This document shows positions 29,201 through 45,800 of a stretch of DNA of 64,000 nt, one piece after another; within the stretch, counting starts at the first letter, position 1, and each line of letters opens with the position of its first letter. The translations under genes and the position numbers were made by a program. The notes under the pieces were generated by a model. That model was not told the origin of the DNA, ran no database searches, and saw only the letters and a program-made list of their open reading frames with translations. The stretch is from Auanema rhodensis (Eukaryota; Animalia; Nematoda): the NCBI GenBank assembly GCA_964057225.1, contig OZ059899.1:434001-498000 (forward strand). The letters run 5' to 3'.

Positions 29201-32200
29201 AATTTCAAAGTCATGGTTACCATGCACCAATATCAATAAAAATTTTTTTTTAGACTAATATGGACATGGGGAATCTAATTTTGAAAACCGCATCTCTTTA
29301 TCTTTCACGTGAAGCGAGTTACATACCAAGTGCACATCACGTGTACATTTAATTAGCATAAATTAAAGTTCACGTAAATTTCAAAGTCATGGTTACCAAG
29401 CACCAATATCAATAAAAATTTGTTTTTAGACTAATATGGACATGGGGAATCTAATTTTGAAAACCGCATCTCTTTATCTTTCACGTGAAGCGAGTTACAT
29501 ACCAAGGGCACATCACGTGTACATTTAATTAGCATAAATTAAAGTTCACGTAAATTTCAAAGTCATGGTTACCATGCACCAATATCAATAAAAATTTGTT
29601 TTTAGACTAATATGGACATGGGGAATCTAATTTTGAAAACCGCATCTCTTTATCTTTCACGTGAAGCGAGTTACATACCAAGTGCACATCACGTGTACAT
29701 TTAATTAGCATAAATTAAAGTTCACGTAAATTTCAAAGTCATGGTTACCATGAACCAATATCAATAAAAATTTGTTTTTAGACTAATATGGACATGGGGA
29801 ATCTAATTTTGAAAACCGCATCTCTTTATCGTTCACGTGAAGCGAGTTACATACCAAGTGCACATCACGTGTACATTTAATTAGCATAAATTAAAGTTCA
29901 CGTAAATTTCAAAGTCATGGTTACCATGAACCAATATCAATAAAAATTTGTTTTTAGACTAATATGGACATGGGGAATCTAATTTTGAAAACCGCATCTC
30001 TTTATCTTTCACGTGAAGCGAGTTACATACCAAGTGCACATCACGTGTACATTTAATTAGCATAAATTGAAGTTCACGTAAATTTCAAAGTCATGGTTAC
30101 CATGAACCAATATCAATAAAAATTTGTTTTTAGACTAATATGGACATGGGGAATCTAATTTTGAAAACCGCATCTCTTTATCTTTCACGTGAAGCGAGTT
30201 ACATACCAAGTACACATCACGTGTACATTTAATTAGCATAAATTGAAGTTCACGTAAATTTCAAAGTCATGGTTACCATGAACCAATATCAATAAAAATT
30301 TGTTTTTAGACTAATATGGACATGGGGAATCTAATTTTGAAAACCGCATCTCTTTATCTTTCACGTGAAGCGAGTTACATACCAAGTGCACATCACGTGT
30401 ACATTTAATTAGCATAAATTAAAGTTCACGTAAATTTCAAAGTCATGGTTACCATGAACCAATATCAATAAAAATTTGTTTTTAGACTAATATGGACATG
30501 GGGAATCTAATTTTGAAAACCGCATCTCTTTATCTTTCACGTGAAGCGAGTTACATACCAAGTGCACATCACGTGTACATTTAATTAGCATAAATTAAAG
30601 TTCACGTAAATTTCAAAGTCATGGTTACCATGCACCAATATCAATAAAAATTTGTTTTTAGACTAATATGGACATGGGGAATCTAATTTTGGAAACCGAA
30701 TCTCTTTATCTTTCACGTGAAGCGAGTTACATACCAAGTGCACATCACGTGTACATTTAATTAGCATAAATTGAAGTTCACGTAAATTTCAAAGTCATGG
30801 TTACCATGAACCAATATCAATAAAAATTTGTTTTTAGACTAATATGGACATGGGGAATCTAATTTTGAAAACCGCATCTCTTTATCTTTCACGTGAAGCG
30901 AGTTACATACCTAGTGCACATCACGTGTACATTTAATTAGCATAAATTAAAGTTCACGTAAATTTCAAAGTCATGGTTACCATGCACCAATATCAATAAA
31001 AATTTTTTTTTAGACTAATATGGACATGGGGAATCTAATTTTGAAAACCGCATCTCTTTATCTTTCACGTGAAGCGAGTTACATACCAAGTGCACATCAC
31101 GTGTACATTTAATTAGCATAAATTAAAGTTCACGTAAATTTCAAAGTCATGGTTACCAAGCACCAATATCAATAAAAATTTGTTTTTAGACTAATATGGA
31201 CATGGGGAATCTAATTTTGAAAACCGCATCTCTTTATCTTTCACGTGAAGCGAGTTACATACCAAGTGCACATCACGTGTACATTTAATTAGCATAAATT
31301 AAAGTTCACGTAAATTTCAAAGTCATGGTTACCATGAACCAATATCAATAAAAATTTGTTTTTAGACTAATATGGACATGGGGAATCTAATTTTGAAAAC
31401 CGCATCTCTTTATCTTTCACGTGAAGCGAGTTACATACCAAGTGCACATCACGTGTACATTTAATTAGCATAAATTGAAGTTCACGTAAATTTCAAAGTC
31501 ATGGTTACCATGAACCAATATCAATAAAAATTTGTTTTTAGACTAATATGGACATGGGGAATCTAATTTTGAAAACCGCATCTCTTTATCTTTCACGTGA
31601 AGCGAGTTACATACCAAGTACACATCACGTGTACATTTAATTAGCATAAATTGAAGTTCACGTAAATTTCAAAGTCATGGTTACCATGAACCAATATCAA
31701 TAAAAATTTGTTTTTAGACTAATATGGACATGGGGAATCTAATTTTGAAAACCGCATCTCTTTATCTTTCACGTGAAGCGAGTTACATACCAAGTGCACA
31801 TCACGTGTACATTTAATTAGCATAAATTAAAGTTCACGTAAATTTCAAAGTCATGGTTACCATGAACCAATATCAATAAAAATTTGTTTTTAGACTAATA
31901 TGGACATGGGGAATCTAATTTTGAAAACCGCATCTCTTTATCGTTCACGTGAAGCGAGTTACATACCAAGTGCACATCACGTGTACATTTAATTAGCATA
32001 AATGAAAGTTCACGTAAATTTCAAAGTCATGGTTACCATGCACCAATATCAATAAAAATTTGTTTTTAGACTAATATGGACATGGGGAATCTAATTTTGA
32101 AAACCGCATCTCTTTATCGTTCACGTGAAGCGAGTTACATACCAAGTGCACATCACGTGTACATTTAATTAGCATAAATTAAAGTTCACGTAAATTTCAA

Positions 32201-33339
32201 AGTCATGGTTACCATGCACCAATATCAATAAAAATTTGTTTTTAGACTAATATGGACATGGGGAATCTAATTTTGAAAACCGCATCTCTTTATCGCTCAC
32301 GTGAAGCGAGTTACATACCAAAAGCACATCACGTGTACATTTAATTAGCATAAATTAAAGTTCACGTAAATTTCAAAGTCATGGTTACCATGCACCAATA
32401 TCAATAAAAATTTGTTTTTAGACTAATATGGACATGGGGAATCTAATTTTGAAAACCGCATCTCTTTATCGTTCACGTGAAGCGAGTTACATACCAAGTG
32501 CACATCACGTGTACATTTAATTAGCATAAATTAAAGTTCACGTAAATTTCAAAGTCATGGTTACCATGCACCAATATCAATAAAAATTTGTTTTTAGACT
32601 AATATGGACATGGGGAATCTAATTTTGAAAACCGCATCTCTTTATCGTTCACGTGAAGCGAGTTACATACCAAGTGCACATCACGTGTACATTTAATTAG
32701 CATAAATTAAAGTTCACGCAAATTTCAAAGTCATGGTTACCATGAACCAATATCAATAAAAATTTGTTTTTAGACTAATATGGACATGGGGAATCTAATT
32801 TTGAAAACCGCATCTCTTTATCTTTCACGTGAAGCGAGTTACATACCAAGAGCACATCACGTGTACATTTAATTAGCATAAATTGAAGTTCACGTAAATT
32901 TCAAAGTCATGGTTACCATGAAACAATATCAATAAAAATTTGTTTTTAGACTAATATGGACATGGGGAATCTAATTTTGAAAACCGCATCTCTTTATCTT
33001 TCACGTGAAGCGAGTTACATACCAAGTGCACATCACGTGTACATTTAATTAGCATAAATTAAAGTTCACGTGAATTTCAAAGTCATGGTTACCATGCACA
33101 AATATCAATAAAAATTTGTTTTTAGACTAATATGGACATGGGGAATCTAATTTTGAAAACCGCATCTCTTTATCTTTCACGTGAAGCGAGTTACATACCA
33201 AGTGCACATCACGTGTACATTTAATTAGCATAAATTGAAGTTCACGTAAATTTCAAAGTCATGGTTACCATGAACCAATATCAATAAAAATTTGTTTTTA
33301 GACTAATATGGACATGGGGAATCTAATTTTGAAAACCGC

Positions 33340-36300
33340 ATCTCTTTATCTTTCACGTGAAGCGAGTTACATACCAAGTACACATCACGTGTACATTTAA
33401 TTAGCATAAATTGAAGTTCACGTAAATTTCAAAGTCATGGTTACCATGAACCAATATCAATAAAAATTCGTTTTTAAACTAATATGGACATGAGGAATCT
33501 AATTTTGAAAACCGCATCTCTTTATCTTTCACGTGAAGCGAGTTACATACCAAGTGCACATCACGTGTACATTTAATTAGCATAAATTGAAGTTCACGTA
33601 AATTTCAAAGTCATGGTTACCATGAACCAATATCAATAAAAATTTGTTTTTAGACTAATATGGACATGGGGAATCTAATTTTGAAAACCGGATCTCTTTA
33701 TCTTTCACGTGAAGCGAGTTACATACCAAGTGCACATCACGTGTACATTTAATTAACATAAATTGAAGTTCACGTAAATTTCAAAGTCATGGTTACCATG
33801 AACCAATATCAATAAAAATTTGTTTTTAGACTAATATGGACATGGGGAATCTAATTTTGAAAACCGCATCTCTTTATCTTTCACGTGAAGCGAGTTACAT
33901 ACCAAGTGCACATCACGTGTACATTTAATTAGCATAAATTAAAGTTCACGTGAATTTCAAAGTCATGGTTACCATGCACAAATATCAATAAAAATTTGTT
34001 TTTAGACTAATATGGACATGGGGAATCTAATTTTGAAAACCGCATCTCTTTATCTTTCACGTGAAGCGAGTTACATACCAAGTGCACATCACGTGTACAT
34101 TTAATTAGCATAAATTAAAGTTCACGTAAATTTCAAAGTCATGGTTACCATGAACCAATATCAATAAAAATTTGTTTTTAGACTAATATGGACATGGGTA
34201 ATCTAATTTTGAAAACCGCATCTCTTTATCTTTCACGTGAAGCGAGTTACATACCAAGTGCACATCACGTGTACATTTAATTAGCATAAATTAAAGTTCA
34301 CGTGAATTTCAAAGTCATGGTTACCATGCACAAATATCAATAAAAATTTGTTTTTAGACTAATATGGACATGGGGAATCTAATTTTGAAAACCGCATCTC
34401 TTTATCTTTCACGTGAAGCGAGTTACATACCAAGTGCACATCACGTGTACATTTAATTAGCATAAATTAAAGTTCACGTAAATTTCAAAGTCATGGTTAC
34501 CATGAACCAATATCAATAAAAATTTGTTTTTAGACTAATATGGACATGGGTAATCTAATTTTGAAAACCGCATCTCTTTATCTTTCACGTGAAGCGAGTT
34601 ACATACCAAGTGCACATCACGTGTACATTTAATTAGCATAAATTAAAGTTCACGTAAATTTCAAAGTCATGGTTACCATGAACCAATATCAATAAAAATT
34701 TGTTTTTAGACTAATATGGACATGGGGAATCTAATTTTGAAAACCACATCTCTTTATCGTTCACGTGAAGCGAGTTACATACCAAGTGCACATCACGTGT
34801 ACATTTAATTAGCATAAATTAAAGTTCACGTAAATTTCAAAGTCATGGTTACCATGCACCAATATCAATAAAAATTTGTTTTTAGACTAATATGGACATG
34901 AGGAATCTAATTTTGGAAACCGAATCTCTTTATCTTTCACGTGAAGCGAGTTACATACCAAGTGCACATCACGTGTACATTTAATTAGCATAAATTGAAG
35001 TTCACGTAAATTTCAAAGTCATGGTTACCATGAACCAATATCAATAAAAATTTGTTTTTAGTCTAATATGGACATGGGGAATCTAATTTTGAAAACCGCA
35101 TCTCTTTATCTTTCACGTGAAGCGAGTTACATACCAAGTACACATCACGTGTACATTTAATTAGCATAAATTGAAGTTCACGTAAATTTCAAAGTCATGG
35201 TTACCATGAACCAATATCAATAAAAATTCGTTTTTAAACTAATATGGACATGAGGAATCTAATTTTGAAAACCGCATCTCTTTATCTTTCACGTGAAGCG
35301 AGTTACATACCAAGTGCACATCACGTGTACATTTAATTAGCATAAATTGAAGTTCACGTAAATTTCAAAGTCATGGTTACCATGAACCAATATCAATAAA
35401 AATTTGTTTTTAGACTAATATGGACATGGGGAATCTAATTTTGAAAACCGGATCTCTTTATCTTTCACGTGAAGCGAGTTACATACCAAGTGCACATCAC
35501 GTGTACATTTAATTAACATAAATTGAAGTTCACGTAAATTTCAAAGTCATGGTTACCATGAACCAATATCAATAAAAATTTGTTTTTAGACTAATATGGA
35601 CATGGGGAATCTAATTTTGAAAACCGCATCTCTTTATCTTTCACGTGAAGCGAGTTACATACCAAGTGCACATCACGTGTACATTTAATTAGCATAAATT
35701 AAAGTTCACGTGAATTTCAAAGTCATGGTTACCATGCACAAATATCAATAAAAATTTGTTTTTAGACTAATATGGACATGGGGAATCTAATTTTGAAAAC
35801 CGCATCTCTTTATCTTTCACGTGAAGCGAGTTACATACCAAGTGCACATCACGTGTACATTTAATTAGCATAAATTAAAGTTCACGTAAATTTCAAAGTC
35901 ATGGTTACCATGAACCAATATCAATAAAAATTTGTTTTTAGACTAATATGGACATGGGTAATCTAATTTTGAAAACCGCATCTCTTTATCTTTCACGTGA
36001 AGCGAGTTACATACCAAGTGCACATCACGTGTACATTTAATTAGCATAAATTAAAGTTCACGTGAATTTCAAAGTCATGGTTACCATGCACAAATATCAA
36101 TAAAAATTTGTTTTTAGACTAATATGGACATGGGGAATCTAATTTTGAAAACCGCATCTCTTTATCTTTCACGTGAAGCGAGTTACATACCAAGTGCACA
36201 TCACGTGTACATTTAATTAGCATAAATTAAAGTTCACGTAAATTTCAAAGTCATGGTTACCATGAACCAATATCAATAAAAATTTGTTTTTAGACTAATA

Positions 36301-36890
36301 TGGACATGGGTAATCTAATTTTGAAAACCGCATCTCTTTATCTTTCACGTGAAGCGAGTTACATACCAAGTGCACATCACGTGTACATTTAATTAGCATA
36401 AATTAAAGTTCACGTAAATTTCAAAGTCATGGTTACCATGAACCAATATCAATAAAAATTTGTTTTTAGACTAATATGGACATGGGGAATCTAATTTTGA
36501 AAACCACATCTCTTTATCGTTCACGTGAAGCGAGTTACATACCAAGTGCACATCACGTGTACATTTAATTAGCATAAATTAAAGTTCACGTAAATTTCAA
36601 AGTCATGGTTACCATGCACCAATATCAATAAAAATTTGTTTTTAGACTAATATGGACATGAGGAATCTAATTTTGGAAACCGAATCTCTTTATCTTTCAC
36701 GTGAAGCGAGTTACATACCAAGTGCACATCACGTGTACATTTAATTAGCATAAATTGAAGTTCACGTAAATTTCAAAGTCATGGTTACCATGAACCAATA
36801 TCAATAAAAATTTGTTTTTAGTCTAATATGGACATGGGGAATCTAATTTTGAAAACCGCATCTCTTTATCTTTCACGTGAAGCGAGTTAC
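33340..36890. repeat. Higher-order tandem duplication of 10 monomers (1760-bp period)
   Basis: Private variants recur at +1760: AATTCGTTTTTAAACT (33461/35221), CCGGATC (33691/35451), AATTAACATA (33751/35511), AACCACATC (34741/36501), GTCTAAT (35061/36821). Confidence 0.9.
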
Positions 36891-39800
36891 ATACCAAGTG
36901 CACATCACGTGTACATTTAATTAGCATAAATTAAAGTTCACGTAAATTTCAAAGTCATGGTTACCATGCACCAATATCAATAAAAATTTTTTTTTAGACT
37001 AATATGGACATGGGGAATCTAATTTTGAAAACCGCATCTCTTTATCTTTCACGTGAAGCGAGTTACATACCAAGTGCACATCACGTGTACATTTAATTAG
37101 CATAAATTAAAGTTCACGTAAATTTCAAAGTCATGGTTACCAAGCACCAATATCAATAAAAATTTGTTTTTAGACTAATATGGACATGAGGAATCTAATT
37201 TTGGAAACCGAATCTCTTTATCTTTCACGTGAAGCGAGTTACATACCAAGTGCACATCACGTGTACATTTAATTAGCATAAATTGAAGTTCACGTAAATT
37301 TCAAAGTCATGGTTACCATGAACCAATATCAATAAAAATTTGTTTTTAGTCTAATATGGACATGGGGAATCTAATTTTGAAAACCGCATCTCTTTATCTT
37401 TCACGTGAAGCGAGTTACATACCAAGTGCACATCACGTGTACATTTAATTAGCATAAATTAAAGTTCACGTAAATTTCAAAGTCATGGTTACCATGCACC
37501 AATATCAATAAAAATTTTTTTTTAGACTAATATGGACATGGGGAATCTAATTTTGAAAACCGCATCTCTTTATCTTTCACGTGAAGCGAGTTACATACCA
37601 AGTGCACATCACGTGTACATTTAATTAGCATAAATTAAAGTTCACGTAAATTTCAAAGTCATGGTTACCAAGCACCAATATCAATAAAAATTTGTTTTTA
37701 GACTAATATGGACATGGGGAATCTAATTTTGAAAACCGCATCTCTTTATCTTTCACGTGAAGCGAGTTACATACCAAGTGCACATCACGTGTACATTTAA
37801 TTAGCATAAATTAAAGTTCACGTAAATTTCAAAGTCATGGTTACCATGCACCAATATCAATAAAAATTTGTTTTTAAACTAATATGGACATGGGGAATCT
37901 AATTTTGAAAACCGCATCTCTTTATCTTTCACGTGAAGCGAGTTACATACCAAGGGCACATCACGTGTACATTTAATTAGCATAAATTAAAGTTCACGTA
38001 AATTTCAAAGTCATGGTTACCATGCACCAATATCAATAAAAATTTGTTTTTAGACTAATATGGACATGGGGAATCTAATTTTGAAAACCGCATCTCTTTA
38101 TCTTTCACGTGAAGCGAGTTACATACCAAGTGCACATCACGTGTACATTTAATTAGCATAAATTAAAGTTCACGTAAATTTCAAAGTCATGGTTACCATG
38201 AACCAATATCAATAAAAATTTGTTTTTAGACTAATATGGACATGGGGAATCTAATTTTGAAAACCGCATCTCTTTATCGTTCACGTGAAGCGAGTTACAT
38301 ACCAAGTGCACATCACGTGTACATTTAATTAGCATAAATTAAAGTTCACGTAAATTTCAAAGTCATGGTTACCATGAAAAAATATCAATAAAAATTTGTT
38401 TTTAAACTAATATGGACATGGGGAATCTAATTTTGAAAACCGCATCTCTTTATCTTTCACGTGAAGCGAGTTACATACCAAGTGCACATCACGTGTACAT
38501 TTAATTAGCATAAATTAAAGTTCACGTAAATTTCAAAGTCATGGTTACCATGCACCAATATCAATAAAAATTTGTTTTTAGACTAATATGGACATGGGGA
38601 ATCTAATTTTGAAAACCGCATCTCTTTATCTTTCACGTGAAGCGAGTTACATACCAAGTGCACATCACGTGTACATTTAATTAGCATAAATTGAAGTTCA
38701 CGTAAATTTCAAAGTCATGGTTACCATGAACCAATATCAATAAAAATTTGTTTTTAGACTAATATGGACATGGGGAATCTAATTTTGAAAACCGCATCTC
38801 TTTATCTTTCACGTGAAGCGAGTTACATACCAAGTACACATCACGTGTACATTTAATTAGCATAAATTGAAGTTCACGTAAATTTCAAAGTCATGGTTAC
38901 CATGAACCAATATCAATAAAAATTTGTTTTTAGACTAATATGGACATGGGGAATCTAATTTTGAAAACCGCATCTCTTTATCTTTCACGTGAAGCGAGTT
39001 ACATACCAAGTGCACATCACGTGTACATTTAATTAGCATAAATTAAAGTTCACGTAAATTTCAAAGTCATGGTTACCATGAACCAATATCAATAAAAATT
39101 TGTTTTTAGACTAATATGGACATGGGGAATCTAATTTTGAAAACCGCATCTCTTTATCGTTCACGTGAAGCGAATTACATACCAAGTGCACATCACGTGT
39201 ACATTTAATTAGCATAAATTAAAGTTCACGTAAATTTCAAAGTCATGGTTACCATGAACCAATATCAATAAAAATTTGTTTTTAGACTAATATGGACATG
39301 GGGAATCTAATTTTGAAAACCGCATCTCTTTATCTTTCACGTGAAGCGAGTTACATACCAAGTGCACATCACGTGTACATTTAATTAGCATAAATTAAAG
39401 TTCACGTAAATTTCAAAGTCATGGTTACCATGAACCAATATCAATAAAAATTTGTTTTTAGACTAATATGGACATGGGGAATCTAATTTTGAAAACCGCA
39501 TCTCTTTATCTTTCACGTGAAGCGAGTTACATACCAAGTGCACATCACGTGTACATTTAATTAGCATAAATTAAAGTTCACGTAAATTTCAAAGTCATGG
39601 TTACCATGAACCAATATCAATAAAAATTTGTTTTTAGACTAATATGGACATGGGGAATCTAATTTTGAAAACCGCATCTCTTTATCGTTCACGTGAAGCG
39701 AGTTACATACCAAGTGCACATCACGTGTACATTTAATTAGCATAAATTAAAGTTCACGTAAATTTCAAAGTCATGGTTAACATGCACCAATATCAATAAA

Positions 39801-42800
39801 AATTTGTTTTTAGACTAATATGGACATGGGGAATCTAATTTTGAAAACCGCATCTCTTTATCGTTCACGTGAAGCGAGTTACATACCAAGTGCACATCAC
39901 GTGTACATTTAATTAGCATAAATTAAAGTTCACGTAAATTTCAAAGTCATGGTTACCATGCACCAATATCAATAAAAATTTGTTTTTAGACTAATATGGA
40001 CATGGGGAATCTAATTTTGAAAACCGCATCTCTTTATCGTTCACGTGAAGCGAGTTACATACCAAGAGCACATCACGTGTACATTTAATTAGCATAAATT
40101 AAAGTTCACGTAAATTTCAAAGTCATGGTTACCATGCACCAATATCAATAAAAATTTGTTTTTAGACTAATATGGACATGGTGAATCTAATTTTGAAAAC
40201 CGCATCTCTTTATCGTTCACGTGAAGCGAGTTACATACCAAGTGCACATCACGTGTACATTTAATTAGCATAAATTAAAGTTCACGTAAATTTCAAAGTC
40301 ATGGTTACCATGCACCAATATCAATAAAAATTTGTTTTTAGACTAATATGGACATGGGGAATCTAATTTTGAAAACCGCATCTCTTTATCTTTCACGTGA
40401 AGCGAGTTACATACCAAGAGCACATCACGTGTACATTTAATTAGCATAAATTGAAGTTCACGTAAATTTCAAAGTCATGGTTACCATGAACCAATATCAA
40501 TAAAAATTTGTTTTTAGACTAATATGGACATGGGGAATCTAATTTTGAAAACCGCATCTCTTTATCTTTCAGGTGAAGCGAGTTACATACCAAGTGCACA
40601 TCACGTGTACATTTAATTAGCATAAATTAAAGTTCACGTAAATTTCAAAGTCATGGTTACCATGCACCAATATCAATAAAAATTTGTTTTTAGACTAATA
40701 TGGACATGGGGAATCTAATTTTGAAAACCGCATCTCTTTATCTTTCACGTGAAGCGAGTTACATACCAAGTGCACATCACGTGTACATTTAATTAGCATA
40801 AATTAAAGTTCACGTAAATTTCAAAGTCATGGTTACCATGAACCAATATCAATAAAAATTTGTTTTTAGACTAATATGGACATGGGGAATCTAATTTTGA
40901 AAACCGCATCTCTTTATCTTTCACGTGAAGCGAGTTACATACCAAGTACACATCACGTGTACATTTAATTAGCATAAATTGAAGTTCACGTAAATTTCAA
41001 AGTCATGGTTACCATGAACCAATATCAATAAAAATTTGTTTTTAGACTAATATGGACATGGGGAATCTAATTTTGAAAACCGCATCTCTTTATCTTTCAC
41101 GTGAAGCGAGTTACATACCAAGTGCACATCACGTGTACATTTAATTAGCATAAATTAAAGTTCACGTAAATTTCAAAGTCATGGTTACCATGAACCAATA
41201 TCAATAAAAATTTGTTTTTAGACTAATATGGACATGGGGAATCTAATTTTGAAAACCGCATCTCTTTATCTTTCACGTGAAGCGAGTTACATACCAAGTG
41301 CACATCACGTGTACATTTAATTAGCATAAATTAAAGTTCACGTAAATTTCAAAGTCATGGTTACCATGAACCAATATCAATAAAAATTTGTTTTTAGACT
41401 AATATGGACATGGGGAATCTAATTTTGAAAACCGCATCTCTTTATCTTTCACGTGAAGCGAGTTACATACCAAGTACACATCACGTGTACATTTAATTAG
41501 CATAAATTGAAGTTCACGTAAATTTCAAAGTCATGGTTACCATGAACCAATATCAATAAAAATTTGTTTTTAGACTAATATGGACATGGGGAATCTAATT
41601 TTGAAAACCGCATCTCTTTATCTTTCACGTGAAGCGAGTTACATACCAAGTGCACATCACGTGTACATTTAATTAGCATAAATTAAAGTTCACGTAAATT
41701 TCAAAGTCATGGTTACCATGAACCAATATCAATAAAAATTTGTTTTTAGACTAATATGGACATGGGGAATCTAATTTTGAAAACCGCATCTCTTTATCTT
41801 TCACGTGAAGCGAGTTACATACCAAGTGCACATCACGTGTACATTTAATTAGCATAAATTAAAGTTCACGTAAATTTCAAAGTCATGGTTACCATGAACC
41901 AATATCAATAAAAATTTGTTTTTAGACTAATATGGACATGGGGAATCTAATTTTGAAAACCGCATCTCTTTATCTTTCACGTGAAGCGAGTTACATACCA
42001 AGTGCACATCACGTGTACATTTAATTAGCATAAATTGAAGTTCACGTAAATTTCAAAGTCATGGTTACCATGAACCAATATCAATAAAAATATGTTTTTA
42101 GACTAATATGGACATGGGGAATCTAATTTTGAAAACCGCATCTCTTTATCTTTCACGTGAAGCGAGTTACATACCAAGTGCACATCACGTGTACATTTAA
42201 TTAGCATAAATTAAAGTTCACGTAAATTTCAAAGTCATGGTTACCATGAACCAATATCAATAAAAATTTGTTTTTAGACTAATATGGACATGGGGAATCT
42301 AATTTTGAAAACCGCATCTCTTTATCGTTCACGTGAAGCGAGTTACATACCAAGTGCACATCACGTGTACATTTAATTAGCATAAATTAAAGTTCACGTA
42401 AATTTCAAAGTCATGGTTACCATGCACCAATATCAATAAAAATTTGTTTTTAGACTAATATGGACATGGGGAATCTAATTTTGGAAACCGAATCTCTTTA
42501 TCTTTCACGTGAAGCGAGTTACATACCAAGTGCACATCACGTGTACATTTAATTAGCATAAATTAAAGTTCACGTAAATTTCAAAGTCATGGTTACCATG
42601 CACCAATATCAATAAAAATTTGTTTTTAGACTAATATGGACATGGGGAATCTAATTTTGAAAACCGCATCTCTTTATCTTTCACGTGAAGCGAGTTACAT
42701 ACCAAGTGCACATCACGTGTACATTTAATTAGCATAAATTAAAGTTCACGTAAATTTCAAAGTCATGGTTACCATGAACCAATATCAATAAAAATTTGTT

Positions 42801-45800
42801 TTTAGACTAATATGGACATGGGGAATCTAATTTTGAAAACCGCATCTCTTTATCGTTCACGTGAAGCGAGTTACATACCAAGTGCACATCACGTGTACAT
42901 TTAATTAGCATAAATTAAAGTTCACGTAAATTTCAAAGTCATGGTTACCATGCACCAATATCAATAAAAATTTGTTTTTAGACTAATATGGACATGGGGA
43001 ATCTAATTTTGGAAACCGAATCTCTTTATCTTTCACGTGAAGCGAGTTACATACCAAGTGCACATCACGTGTACATTTAATTAGCATAAATTGAAGTTCA
43101 CGTAAATTTCAAAGTCATGGTTACCATGAACCAATATCAATAAAAATTTGTTTTTAGACTAATATGTACATGGGGAATCTAATTTTGAAAACCGCATCTC
43201 TTTATCTTTCACGTAAAGCGAGTTACATACCAAGTGCACATCACGTGTACATTTAATTAGCATAAATTAAAGTTCACGTAAATTTCAAAGTCATGGTTAC
43301 CATGAACCAATATCAATAAAAATTTGTTTTTAGACTAATATGGACATGGGGAATCTAATTTTGAAAACCGCATCTCTTTATCTTTCACGTGAAGCGAGTT
43401 ACATACCAAGTGCACATCACGTGTACATTTAATTAGCATAAATTGAAGTTCACGTAAATTTCAAAGTCATGGTTACCATGAACCAATATCAATAAAAATT
43501 TGTTTTTAGACTAATATGGACATGGGGAATCTAATTTTGAAAACCGCATCTCTTTATCTTTCACGTGAAGCGAGTTACATACCAAGTGCACATCACGTGT
43601 ACATTTAATTAGCATAAATTAAAGTTCACGTAAATTTCAAAGTCATGGTTACCATGAACCAATATCAATAAAAATTTGTTTTTAGACTAATATGGACATG
43701 GGGAATCTAATTTTGAAAACCGCATCTCTTTATCGTTCACGTGAAGCGAGTTACATACCAAGTGCACATCACGTGTACATTTAATTAGCATAAATTAAAG
43801 TTCACGTAAATTTCAAAGTCATGGTTACCATGCACCAATATCAATAAAAATTTGTTTTTAGACTAATATGGACATGGGGAATCTAATTTTGGAAACCGAA
43901 TCTCTTTATCTTTCACGTGAAGCGAGTTACATACCAAGTGCACATCACGTGTACATTTAATTAGCATAAATTAAAGTTCACGTAAATTTCAAAGTCATGG
44001 TTACCATGCACCAATATCAATAAAAATTTGTTTTTAGACTAATATGGACATGGGGAATCTAATTTTGAAAACCGCATCTCTTTATCTTTCACGTGAAGCG
44101 AGTTACATACCAAGTGCACATCACGTGTACATTTAATTAGCATAAATTAAAGTTCACGTAAATTTCAAAGTCATGGTTACCATGAACCAATATCAATAAA
44201 AATTTGTTTTTAGACTAATATGGACATGGGGAATCTAATTTTGAAAACCGCATCTCTTTATCTTTCACGTGAAGCGAGTTACATACCAAGTGCACATCAC
44301 GTGTACATTTAATTAGCATAAATTAAAGTTCACGTAAATTTCAAAGTCATGGTTACCATGCACCAATATCAATAAAAATTTGTTTTTAGACTAATATGGA
44401 CATGGGGAATCTAATTTTGAAAACCGCATCTCTTTATTTTTCACGTGAAGCGAGTTACATACCAAGTGCACATCACGTGTACATTTAATTAGCATAAATT
44501 AAAGTTCACGTAAATTTCAAAGTCATGGTTACCAAGCACCAATATCAATAAAAATTTGTTTTTAGACTAATATGGACATGGGGAATCTAATTTTGAAAAC
44601 CGCATCTCTTTATCTTTCACGTGAAGCGAGTTACATACCAAGGGCACATCACGTGTACATTTAATTAGCATAAATTAAAGTTCACGTAAATTTCAAAGTC
44701 ATGGTTACCATGCACCAATATCAATAAAAATTTGTTTTTAGACTAATATGGACATGGGGAATCTAATTTTGAAAACCGCATCTCTTTATCTTTCACGTGA
44801 AGCGAGTTACATACCAAGTGCACATCACGTGTACATTTAATTAGCATAAATTAAAGTTCACGTAAATTTCAAAGTCATGGTTACCATGAACCAATATCAA
44901 TAAAAATTTGTTTTTAGACTAATATGGACATGGGGAATCTAATTTTGAAAACCGCATCTCTTTATCGTTCACGTGAAGCGAGTTACATACCAAGTGCACA
45001 TCACGTGTACATTTAATTAGCATAAATTAAAGTTCACGTAAATTTCAAAGTCATGGTTACCATGCACCAATATCAATAAAAATTTGTTTTTAGACTAATA
45101 TGGACATGGGGAATCTAATTTTGGAAACCGCATCTCTTTATCTTTCACGTGAAGCGAGTTACATACCAAGAGCACATCACGTGTACATTTAATTAGCATA
45201 AATTGAAGTTCACGTAAATTTCAAAGTCATGGTTACCATGAACCAATATCAATAAAAATATGTTTTTAGACTAATATGGACATGGGGAATCTAATTTTGA
45301 AAACCGCATCTCTTTATCTTTCACGTGAAGCGAGTTACATACCAAGTGCACATCACGTGTACATTTAATTAGCATAAATTGAAGTTCACGTAAATTTCAA
45401 AGTCATGGTTACCATGAACCAATATCAATAAAAATTTGTTTTTAGACTAATATGGACATGGGGAATCTAATTTTGAAAACCGCATCTCTTTATCTTTCAC
45501 GTGAAGCGAGTTACATACCAAGGGCACATCACGTGTACATTTAATTAGCATAAATTAAAGTTCACGTAAATTTCAAAGTCATGGTTACCATGCACCAATA
45601 TCAATAAAAATTTGTTTTTAGACTAATATGGACATGGGGAATCTAATTTTGAAAACCGCATCTCTTTATCTTTCACGTGAAGCGAGTTACATACCAAGTG
45701 CACATCACGTGTACATTTAATTAGCATAAATTAAAGTTCACGTAAATTTCAAAGTCATGGTTACCATGAACCAATATCAATAAAAATTTGTTTTTAGACT

